In this document: piece after piece, positions 53,071-64,000 of the stretch
How positions within the stretch are numbered: position 1 is the stretch's first letter
How the letters are laid out: each line of letters begins with the position of its first letter
DNA from: Octopus sinensis
Taxonomy: Eukaryota
Reading direction: 5' to 3'
Length of the DNA: 64,000 nt
Assembly: GCF_006345805.1 (NCBI RefSeq)
Contig: NC_043003.1
Coordinates: forward strand, 103,602,001 to 103,666,000
Notes under the pieces: model-generated
Database searches by the model: none
The model's input: only the letters and a program-made list of their open reading frames with translations
What the model was told of the DNA's origin: nothing
Translations under genes and position numbers: made by a program

Positions 53071-53705
53071 CTTATATATGTGGATATATATGTATATATG
53101 TGCGTGCGTGTGTGCGTTAAATTGTCACGTTTGCTCATAACAAAGTGTTTGAAAAAGGGAATGTGTACATTTAGACAGGAAATCTAAATCTTTGTCACAC
53201 TGCTTCTGTTTCTCCCTATCTCTACTCAATTCACTTCCACCCAGCCATTCCCCTCCCCTCTCCTTCCCCTCTCTCTCCCTTCTCTCCACCCCTTCTTCCT
53301 TTCCCCCTCCCTCTCTCCTTTCTGTCCTTCCTGCCCCCCCTCTCTCTCTCGTGCCTTATACTTTACCTGTCTGTTTCCCCTTGTTTCTTTTTTTAGTGTT
53401 TTGCCCTCTCCCCCACTCTTACTGTGTTTCCTCTTTATTACATGTGCATGTTTGTATGTATGCATATATATATATATATATATATATAGGTTAGTACGAC
53501 CAGGGATCCCAGTGTAGGAATTTAGTAAGCTTTCGAGCGTGTTTGCAGTCAGTAAAGATGTCAAAAGGTGGACAAAATACGATAAAACGAGTTTATTAAC
53601 ATTGTGAGTTATCTGGTCCCATGTTGAAATCAAAAGAAATTTCGATAGGTTGAGTCACCACACAACTCACGATCAAGCAAGTAAAGTAGCTAAAAATTTG
53701 TATGC

Positions 53706-53748
<43 letters not shown>

Positions 53749-53868
53749 TAAACTTGAAAAACAACAAAACATACTGGCGGTGGCACTACATAAAGTACAA
53801 TGAAACTTGTTACTTTCAATGGGACATCTGGTTTCGTTCTTAACTAGTTAAGGGATAAACTCCTTCTG

Positions 53869-54118
53869 GGTACTACTTAAGAAGAGTGGTCCCGGTGCGC
53901 GCACTCGCGTGCTCGCGCATCCGCGCTAGCTAGTCGTGACTAGTCGATCCTACAACGACTACCTAGCAAAGTAAATAAAACACAAAATAAAAAAAATTTT
54001 TACACAAAGTAAATAAAATACAAAAACACAAAGTAAGGATCGACTAGTCACGCCTAGCTAGCGCAGATGCGTGAGTACGCGAGTGCGCGCACCGGGACCA
54101 CTCTTCTTAAGTAGTACC
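53869..54118. mobile_element. CpG-rich MITE with ~83-bp TIRs and perfect 9-bp TSD (Merlin or MULE type)
   Basis: ggtactacttaagaagagtggtcccggtgcgcgcac... and its inverse. TSD ctccttctg at 53860-53868 and 54119-54127. Confidence 0.85.
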
Positions 54119-54189
54119 CTCCTTCTGTACATATATGTACACACATTTGAGTATATGTATGTATATGTATGTATGTATGTATGTATGTT

Positions 54190-54248
<59 letters not shown>

Positions 54249-54279
54249 CGCGAGAAAGAAGCAACAAGAATGGATAGGT

Positions 54280-54370
54280 TTTTAGTACAATCGTTTCATA
54301 CAAGGACAGGCTTTATTAAAAGTTGTAAAAATTACAGCATATAAACGTGTCCCGTACTCATCAGCTAAAA
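54280..54370 (-). ncRNA. Minimal type-I hammerhead ribozyme motif at the 3' end of a PLE remnant (about 54250-54880)
   Basis: ttttag-CTGATGA-gtacgggaca...tgtccttgtat-GAAAC-gatt-GTA-ctaaaa. Stem I is a perfect 6 bp, stem II about 10 bp. Confidence 0.75.
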
Positions 54371-54886
54371 TACATGTGAGTTCTCTAGACATCCTAGTGG
54401 TTGAGGCTATACTCATGAAGTAATGTAGATAATTAAGTAACATAAACAGATTTCCAAAGTTCATTAAAGTTCTTTAAAGATGATGTACAGTCTTATCACA
54501 GAATTTTAAAAAAGTTCTAATAGCATCACAGAGAAGATGACCTAATCCATAGAGCACATATGAATTTCCAGAGATATGATGAGGGATTACATACTCACAG
54601 AAGAAAAATTTATCCATTGTTAATCACAACGAGGTGGGTCTCAATTCCTGCTTATTAGCATTACAGAGAGGGTGAATTAATCCTTTGTATAGATGCACAA
54701 TTTCCAATGGTGTAGATGTAAGTTTCCAGAGAAATGAAGAGGAATTTCATATTCACAGGCGATAAATTTATCAATGGTTGAACACAATGAGGTAGGTATC
54801 AATTCTTGTTATATGATTAGGTATTTGCCACATTAATCACATTACTGCTATTTACAAGAGGCTGTAGCTATTTAACTTTTTAAAGC

Positions 54887-54920
<34 letters not shown>

Positions 54921-55022
54921 ATATATGCATGTATGTATATATATGTATATATATATATATGTATATATGTATGTATGTATGTATGTTTGTATATATATAT
55001 TATGTATGTATGTATGTATGTT

Positions 55023-55065
<43 letters not shown>

Positions 55066-55489
55066 ATATATGCATGTATGTATATATATGTATATATATA
55101 TATGTATATGTATGCATGTATGTATATATGTATGTATATGTATATATATATATATATGTATGTATATATATGCATGTATGTATATATATGTATATATATA
55201 TATGTATATGTATGCATGTATGTATATATATGTATATATATGTATATATATGTATATATATATGTATGTATGTATGTATGTATATATATATGTCTGTATA
55301 TGCATATGTATGTATGTATGTATGTATATATATGTATGTATGTATAGATGTATGTATATGTATGTATGTATATATGTATGTATGTATATGTGTATATATG
55401 TATGTATATATGTATGTATGTATATATGTATGTATATATATATATATATGTGTATGTGTGTGTGTGTGTGTATATATATGTATATATAT

Positions 55490-55521
<32 letters not shown>

Positions 55522-55574
55522 GAAAAAACAAGTAAAAAATAGAAAATGCTAAAATAATTTTATAGTGAACATTT

Positions 55575-55612
55575 CAGTACCGGTTTCGGTCATTTTGAGA
55601 CCTTTTCAACTG
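55575..55612 (-). ncRNA. Minimal hammerhead with compensatory U3-A8 core at the 3' end of the minus-strand Penelope
   Basis: cag-TTGAAAA-ggtc-tcaaaat-gacc-GAAAC-cg-GTA-ctg. ACCGGT palindrome across stem III. Confidence 0.6.
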
Positions 55613-55964
55613 TAACGATTAAATAATTAAATTTAGAAAAATTAGAAGAAAAGTTTTTTTAAAAGAATATTTCTATAGTAGTGTTCAGATTTAAGTGGCA
55701 TTCTGCCTTTCTCTGACTCCCTTGTTTGCACTTGTGTGTTCGAGGTAGTTGTGAGTTCTTGGTAGGGTAGTAGAGGGAAGGCTGGTGAGGAAAGGGGGGT
55801 GGGAGAATCTGGGAGTGCCCTGATGGTCGTATTTTGAATGGTCAGTGGCGGCTGGCAGTCTCAGTTCAATTCAGGAGAATATTTATATTGACAGGCTTGT
55901 TTATAGAATTAGCGTAGGTGTTATACTAAAAAACATTAGTGACAAACTTAAGGGGTAGGGGGTG

Positions 55965-56285
55965 GAGAAGAAGAAGAAGAAGAAGGAGAAGGAGAAGGAG
56001 AAGATGACGATGATGGTGATGGTGGTGATGATTATGACGACGATGATGATGATAACGATGATGATGAAGAAGAAGAAGAAGAGGAGAAGAAGAAGGAGAA
56101 GATGACGATGATGGTGATGGTGGTGATGATTATGACGACGATGATGATGATAACGATGATGATGAAGAAGAAGAAGAAGGAGGAGAAGGAGAAGATGGTG
56201 GTGATGATGGTGGCGATGATGATGATGCCGATGATGATGATAACGATGATGATGAAGAAGAAGAGGAAGAAGAAGAAGAAGAAAA
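55965..56285. repeat. (GAA/GAT)n compound trinucleotide tract with an internal ~75-bp duplication, inside the PLE 3' region
   Basis: Read directly from the sequence. Confidence 0.9.
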
Positions 56286-56744
56286 AAACAGAGAAGGGAG
56301 AATATGAATGGGTGTAAATATAGCTATGAAGGGGCTGATTAGTAATGGATTCTATGGAGTGTAGTATTTGTGTGTGTATATATATTTTTTTCTTTTATTC
56401 TAAAGTTGAGGTATATTAATTGTTTGTCGTAGACCCGTTAAGAAGTGGCTTGTATTTTGTAATAAAGAGATTTTCTTTACTTATTCGTTGTCTCGAGGTT
56501 GTATCGTCCCTAAATTGGTAGAGGGGGAAAATTCTGAAGTTTGGTGTTTTTTTGTTGGCGCAAGTATCTATGTGTTGGCTAAAAGCTATTTTTCTGTTTT
56601 GGGGAATTTTTATCTGGGATCTGTGCAGGGCCATTCGTTTACGCAAACCATTTTTTGTTTGGCCTATGTACTGCTCTTGACACCCGGAGCATATATATAT
56701 ATATGTATATATATATATGTATATATATATGTATGTATATATTT

Positions 56745-59175
56745 CTATTCCCCTCTGCCCTCTAACCCCACACGTAGCTACCAACAGACGGTATCCTCTA
56801 CTGTCCAAGACCGCATCTCGTCCTCCCGTCTCCCCCGCACCGCATCCAACCTAATTGTGCGAACCCCACGTACCCCCACCATTTACTTCCTCCCCAAAAT
56901 CCACAAACCCAACAACCCTGGCCGCCCCATCGTCTCCGCCTGTAACTGCCCCACGGAGCTCATCTCTAAATACCTCGACCGTGTCCTTGCCCCCCTAGTG
57001 GCATCTCTTCCCTCCCACATCCACGATACCAACCATGCTCTCCGGCTTTTCAACTCTTTCTCCTTCCTCCTTCCTCCTCCCGGCTCCTCTATCCTTTTTA
57101 CTGACATCCAAAGCCTCTATACTGTTATCCCTCACCACGAAGGACTGCAGGCCCTTCGACACTTTCTTGACCTCCGCTCTAACCCTGTACCTGACACCTC
57201 CACACTCATTCGTCTGGCCGAACTTGTCCTTACTCTGAACTGCTTCTCGTTCGCGGGCGAGTTCTACCATCAGTTCTCGGGAGTGGCCATGGGAACGCGA
57301 ATGGGCCCCAACTATGCGAACCTGTTCGTTGGCTATGTTGAGGCCCAATTATTCTCTAATTTCACTGGTCCCACTCCTGAACTATATGGTCGTTACATTG
57401 ACGACATTATTGGTGCCACCTCACTCTCCCGCGAACATCTAGATTCCTTCCTCTCTTTCGTCCAATCTTTCCATCCAGCCCTCCACTTCACTTCCACTAT
57501 CTCCAACACCTCTGTCTCCTTCCTCGACATTTCGGTTAGCATTCTTCACTCCACTCTTACCACCTCCATTCACTACAAACACACAGACTCACACTCATAC
57601 CTCAACTTCTCTTCCTCCCACCCAGAACACACCAAGCTTTCCATCCCTATTCCCAATTCCTCCGTCTACGTAGGCTCTGTAGTGACGACCATGACTTTGA
57701 GACTCAGTCTCAACGTATGGCTCACCACTTCACCCTACGTGGATACCCCCTCACCACTATCCACACCGCCCTTGCCAGAGCACGGTCCGTGGACCGTGTA
57801 TCTGCTCTCTCTCCCCGAACCCGCCCTGTAGTCTCCCGCCTCCCTTTTCCCCTCACTTACCACCCCACGACCCTACGTCTCCAACGCACCATTCTTCGAG
57901 CTTTCCGTCATCTCCAGTCCGACCCGTCCACTTCACACCTCTTCCCTAACCGACCCCTCCCCTCTTTCAAACGAGCCCACAACCTTCGAGACCTTTTGGT
58001 CCATAGCTCCTTTCCTGACCCTACCTCCCAACCCGGCTCGTTCCCCTGCTCCCGCCCACGTTACCACACTTGCCCTTACCTCTCCAACACCACCCGCCTC
58101 ACTAGCACCCACCATCGACCCTATCCCATCATCCACTCCTTCACCTGCACCTCCAGCAATATTATCTATTGCATCTCTTGCTCTCTCTGCAATTCCTTGT
58201 ACATCGGACAAACGGGACGCCGCTTGGCTGACCGGTTCGCGGAACACCTTCGTGACATCCACCTTGCGAACGACACACCGGTCTCACGCCATTTCCGCTC
58301 CACCGGTCACTCCTTGCAACACCTATCTGTGTTCGGTTTGTCCTTACACAGAGGCCATCCGGATTCCCGTTTGCGCCGTGAACAGGAATTAATCTTTCTC
58401 TTCGCTCTTATACGCCATTTGGTCTCAACTCTCCCCCCCTCCTCATCTAACCCCCTCTCCCCCCCTCCTCACCTATCCTTTCCCCCCGACCCCTACTTCT
58501 TCAGTCCTTCATCCTTTCACCCCTACTCCCCTTCCCTTCTTCCCTCTTTCTCCCTCCCTCTTCCCCTTCCCTCTGCTCCCTCACTCCCTCACTCCCCTTC
58601 TCTCTCTCCCTCTTCCTCTTTCCTCCTTCATCCCCCTCCTCCCTCCTCTCCTCTTCCCCCCTCTCCTCCCCCTCTTCTTCCCTCCCCCTTCTCCCCCCTC
58701 CCCCTCTTCTCCTCACTACACCACATGACTTTACACATCACATCACATATGATGTGCCATACTAATACACACACCAACTAATACATACTAATACGTACTA
58801 ATACATACTAGTACATACTAATACATACACCAACCCTATACATACACACATCCAGACCCCTCCTACGCACTATTAGCTGGTCCCTCAACCCTTTTATCAA
58901 CCCTATTATCTCCCCTTATTTCGCTCTCGCGTCTCATGTTTGATCTTTGACCTCTGGCCGAAATCAGATCGCCATGTTGATTCGTTAGCTACTGCACGCA
59001 TTTTTTTTCTCTCCTTCTTTCTGTGTTTTTCTCTCTCTGTGTATCTTTCTGTTGAAGAGCGTAGGCTCGAAACGTTAAAGACTTGTTTTATTTATATTTC
59101 CTGAGCGCCATACTAATACAATTGTTCGTTTGTTTTCCACCTGCCTTCGTCTTTGTTTATTTTCATAAAGCTTCC
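56745..59175 (+). mobile_element. Penelope-like retroelement, 5'-truncated; RT + GIY-YIG endonuclease with two single-base frameshifts
   Basis: RT motifs LPKIHK, PGRPIVS, DIQSLYT, GVAMGTRMGPNYANLF and RYIDD (57394-57405). EN motif NIIYCISC..LYIGQTGRRLADRFAEH. One-base deletions near 57646 (restores SIPYSQFLRLRRLC) and 58396 (restores ..LRSYTPFGLN). Flanked by (TA)n. Confidence 0.92.
59044..59081 (+). ncRNA. Hammerhead-like motif with CUGUUGA core in the 3' pLTR of the plus-strand Penelope
   Basis: tcttt-CTGTTGA-a-gagc-gtag-gctc-GAAAC-GTT-aaaga. Stem I 5 bp. Located downstream of the PLE ORF, where PLE hammerheads typically occur. Confidence 0.55.
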
Positions 59176-59541
59176 GTTATATATGTATGTATATATATAT
59201 GTATTATATATATGTATGTATATATATATATGTATATATATATATGTATATATATATGTATGTATATATATATATATGTATATATATATGTATGTATATA
59301 TATGTATATAGTATGTATGTATATATATATATGTATGTATATATATATATGTATATATGTATGTATATATATATATGTATATATATATGTATGTATATAA
59401 TATATGTATGTATATATATATGTATATATGTATGTATATATATATATATGTATATATATATGTATATATATATATATGTATATATATGTATATATATATT
59501 GTATATATATATGTATATATATATGTATATATATATGGTGT

Positions 59542-59582
<41 letters not shown>

Positions 59583-59638
59583 TATATACATATGTATGTA
59601 TATATATATATATGTATGTATATATATATGTATGTATA

Positions 59639-59687
<49 letters not shown>

Positions 59688-59712
59688 CATATGTGTATAT
59701 ATATATGTATTA

Positions 59713-59754
<42 letters not shown>

Positions 59755-59950
59755 ATATATATATATATATATAATAAACAAAATTAGAAAATGGAGAAAC
59801 ATACTTAAATCAATCAAACATCAACCATCAGATGATACCCAATCAATACTTTATTACACCATTACATAACAGCAAAGGCATTATACAAAATATATTGTAA
59901 ATATAATTAGACAAGGAAATAGAAATATAAAATATAATATATAATTATAT

Positions 59951-61567
59951 CATAGCGGCCAAAATGTTCAGAACGGCATTGTTTTCGTCAGAAAAGTAGG
60001 TACAATTTTTTATCAAAGTTGTTTTATATTCTATAATTTTCACAGACAATAAATAGGATATGAATTGTTATTGTCTGAGATTTCGGTGTAATTTGAGAGG
60101 ATAATACAAAACTTATGGATGATTTAGTGAATTACTGCAAAACCCATGGCGGCCAAAATGATCAGAACGGTTGAAAATATAACAAAATAATAAAAAATGA
60201 CAGAGAATACTGGAATTATTTAATATTTAGTGTGAAGCCCTTTAGCTTCAATCATACTTTGACATCTTCGACTGCATGAGGAAATTAAATTTTAAATTTC
60301 TTGCTGGGTGATCTTATTCCATTCTTCTTGAAGGGCATTCCATAATTCCTCGGTTGTTTTAGGATTTCTAGCTTTCGAACGTTCTCCTAGAACATTTCAC
60401 ACATTTTCAATAGGATTGAGATCTGGGCTTTGGGCAGGCCAATCCATAACAATAACCTTTTCAGCCTTGAGGAAGTTCATGACCACCTTAGCCTTGTGAC
60501 ATGGGGCATTGTCCTGCATGAATATGGGTGGTCGCTTAGTTGAATTTCTCAGCACAGACAAGGCATGATCTTTTTACAAGTTGTTTATAAACTCCTGCAT
60601 TTACCTTTCCATGTAATTGCACCAAAGGGCCCCACACCATTTCCAGATATCATCCCCCAAACTATGACACTTCCTCCACCGAATTTAACACTAGTCTTAA
60701 AGCATTTAGGCGACAACTTTTCACCTACTTTCGACGAACCTTTTCCCATCTGAGCCAAATAACATAAACTTAGATTCATCACTGAAATGCACCGTTTGTC
60801 ATTTTTCATGAGACCACAACACATGTTCGGTTGCAAAGGTAAGATGACACTTTTTATTCTTGGAGCTGATCAGTGGCTTCACTGCAGGTGCTCTTGCTTG
60901 TAGGCCATGTTCAACTAAACGACGTGACACAGTTTTTCGAGATAAAGTTTTCTTCAGTACAATGCTCATTTCCCGAGAAACAGCAGCAGCAGTTTTAAAT
61001 CTGTCCTTTTTAACCAATTTTACCATCTTCTCTCTTGGTCGTTTTCTTGGCCTACCTGTAGACTTTCTTGCTTCACACGAACCACAATCATCGTAGACCT
61101 TAAGAATACCGTGAACAACACTATTTGACTTGTTAACAATCGTTGCAATAGACCCAATACTTAAATTATCCTTCTTTCGAAGCTTAATAATCTGCTGACG
61201 AATTGGTAACGGAGTAAGTGGCATTATATTAACAAAGTACACTGCAAATATTCTTACTAATGTTTAGTAAACGAACCGTCACTTAAACAAATTCAAAACA
61301 TTAGAGTTCGCCGGTTAAATATACTAAAATACGGAGTAAAAGCAACCGTTCTGATCATTTTGGCCGCCAGGGGGTTTTGCAGTAAATCACTAAATCATAC
61401 ATAGCTTTTGTATTATCCCCTCAAATTACACCAAAACCTCAGACAATAACAAATGATATCGTATTTATTGTCTGTGGAAATTATAGAATATAAAACAACT
61501 TTGATAAAAACTTATACCTACTTTTCTGACGAAAACAATGCCGTTCTGAACATTTTGGCCGCAACTG
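59951..61567 (-). mobile_element. Decayed Tc1-family (DD34E) transposon with long IR/DR-type termini
   Basis: Paired-like HTH, GRPRK, FSDESKF, GGGSVIVWG, FMQDNAPCH and WPAQSPDLNPIENVW in broken frames. About 220-bp TIRs, each with outer and inner copies of gcggccaaaatg(t/a)tcagaacgg. Confidence 0.92.
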
Positions 61568-61624
<57 letters not shown>

Positions 61625-61746
61625 ATGTATATGTATGTATGTATGTATGTATGTATATATGTATGTATATATGTATATATATATGTATGTATATATGTAT
61701 AAATATATATTTACGTATGTATATATGTGTATATAATATGTATATA

Positions 61747-63373
61747 CACTTGCGTCGGAAATTAATTAGCACTTCTCAAATTTCTACATTTTCTTACATT
61801 TTCTTAATTTAATTAACTTATTATCAGAAACGAACTCGTTTTTAATCAAAAATTTATTAAAACATATCCCAGCACACCACATAATTGTTATTAATCGTGA
61901 AATTTAGTCAATATCTTGTTGCTCCTCCTTTGGCAGCAATGACAGCTGCTACGCGGGTCGGCATGCTGTCTATGAGTGCCTGCAGGTACTGTGCAGGGAT
62001 GGCCCCTCATGCAGCAAGAAGTGCCCCAACAGCTCGTGTCGGTTCCTGTATTGCCTGCACATTCAAATCCCTACCCAATCGACTCCAGAGGTTCTCAATA
62101 GGGTTCAGGTCACGGTGACTGGCCAGCACGTACTCCTCGCCACCAAAGAGGTATCCCGTACTATCTCAACGTACTTTGCTGCGTTGATGTTGCCTTCGAC
62201 GGCATAGAGCCGCCCAACACCACTGTAGCTGAACGCCCCTCACACCATCAGACCACCCCCACCATGCTTCATGGTGAGAGCAATGCAGTCTTTGTTGAAG
62301 CGCTCACCCCTGCGGCATCGCACATGGACAGGCTTGTCACTGACGAGACTGAATCGCGACTCGTCAGTGAACATCACTGTCCACCACTGCTGCACGGTCC
62401 ATGTCTTGTGGGCACGGGCCCAGAGCAGCCGCCTCTTCCAGTTTTGGGCTGTAAGGAGCGGCTTATGGGCGGCCCTACAGGATTTTAGACCAGCTTCCAG
62501 TAATCTGGTCTTGACGGTGGTTGTAGACAACTGCTTCCCTGTCATCTTTTGCATCTCCTCCGCCAGTTGCCGGCTCGTTGCCCTTCGGTTGTACAGCGAC
62601 TTTCGGATCAGCAACCGGTCCTCCCGCTGGGTCGTCAGCCTCTTCCGTCCCCTACCCTTTTTGTCAGCTGCTGATCCGGTTTCCTCGTATTTCTTAAATA
62701 AGCACTGAATTGTGCGCCTGGCTACACCAAGTTTTCTGGCTATTGCAGCCTCCGACAGCTTCCCACGCCACGAGAAAGCCTCGTACCGTCTCTCCAAGGT
62801 CATGCGAGGTCTTGGGCCCATCTAGGAATGAACATTAAAAACCAGTTATTTTCATTAAAACTATTCATTTGAATAATGTTATGGTATAACAAAACTGCTA
62901 TGAGTTATTATTCATTAAACAAAAAAGAAAGAAAGCAGAATTTCTCACCTTCTTTGATGTATAACAGAAAGTTTTGTGAACCAGAAGTGACGTCATCAAG
63001 CAGAGTGTAGGAGAATTTGTGAGGAAAAAAAATCTTGCAAATACACAAATCAATTAACCTACGAGCTGTTCAAAACGTCTTACGCGATGAGAAAACTTAG
63101 TACGGTGTGATTTCGGTCCTTGCGAGGCGCTACCTATATCTATTAAACAAAGGAAGATTTGTCTGCATCCGCACTCCAAGTTGTTGTTGCACTGCTATGT
63201 CAACATCATTAGGCTGTAGACTCTCAAACTGCTCTGCAAACAAAGTTACGTCATCGTTCTGCGCAACAGTGAACTCACAACAAAGCAATAGTTCGAGATA
63301 TGGCCACTAGGTGACAGCAAATACCTTGAGTGAAGAGAAAATCAAGGGTGCTAATTAATTTCTGACAGTAGTG
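61747..63373 (-). mobile_element. Second Tc1-family transposon with an internal deletion
   Basis: ORF 62240-62821 contains HTH, GRGRK, KPLLT, FTDESRF and KHGGGG, and DLNPIENLW follows downstream. TIRs cact..gtc.gaaattaattagcac are flanked by TA. The QDNAPxH block is missing. Confidence 0.9.
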
Positions 63374-63807
63374 TATATGTATATATATATGTATATATAT
63401 ATATATATGTATGTATGTATGTATATATATGTATGTATGTATGTATATATATATATATGTATGTATGTATATATATATATGTATGTATATATGTATATAT
63501 ATATGTATGTATGTATATATATATATATGTATGTATGTTATATATATATGTATGTATGTATGTATATATATATATGTATGTATGTATATGTTATATATAT
63601 GTATGTATGTATTATATGTATATATAATGTATGTATGTATATATATATGTATGTATGTATATATATATATATGTATGTATATATGTATATATATATGTAT
63701 GTATATATGTATATATATATATATGTATGTATATATGTATATATATATATGTATGTATATATGTATATATATATATGTATGTATATATGTATATATATAT
63801 ATGTATG

Positions 63808-63840
<33 letters not shown>

Positions 63841-64000
63841 GTATGTATGTATATATATGTATGTATGTATATATATATATGTATGTATGTGTATATATAT
63901 ATATATATGTATGTATGTATGTATATATATATGTATGTATGTATATATATATATATGTATGTATATATATATATGTATGTATATATATATATATATATAT

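Larger units (their letters stand above)
55530..56692 (-). mobile_element. Penelope-like element 3' fragment (GIY-YIG C-half, (TTC/ATC)n tract, 3' pLTR with hammerhead)
   Basis: ORF 56416-56690 reads CSGCQEQYIGQTKNGLRKRMALHRS...KENLFITKYKPLLN, a GIY-YIG endonuclease. Bounded by (TA)n. Confidence 0.85.

Overview
AT-rich, microsatellite- and transposon-dominated animal DNA. The SINE families and overall style suggest an octopus/coleoid genome (inference). The only host gene I can support is the 5' end of a DNAJC25-like J-domain co-chaperone on the minus strand: coding exon 1 at 16496-16637 and a 29-nt micro-exon 2 at 5369-5397. The remaining exons lie left of the window. The rest is repeats: four SINE families, a decayed mariner, two Tc1 elements, a Charlie/Buster-type hAT carrying a nested insertion, a minus-strand Helitron cluster with a RepHel fragment, Merlin-like MITEs, LINE 3' remnants (RTE-like, Tx1/L1-like), head-to-head Penelope-like elements (PLEs), a 915-bp tandem duplication, several fold-back hairpins and a 5-kb array of a 16-bp minisatellite. 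The most interesting signal is a set of nine minimal type-I hammerhead-ribozyme motifs found by eye in PLE-type termini embedded in (TA)n. Four have intact CUGANGA/GAAA cores, one has a compensatory U3-A8 core and two share an atypical CUGUNGA core. Five of the nine lie within about 4.5 kb around the DNAJC25 first exon, including one in the sense strand of intron 1. All structural and family calls were made by manual reading; nothing was searched or computed.
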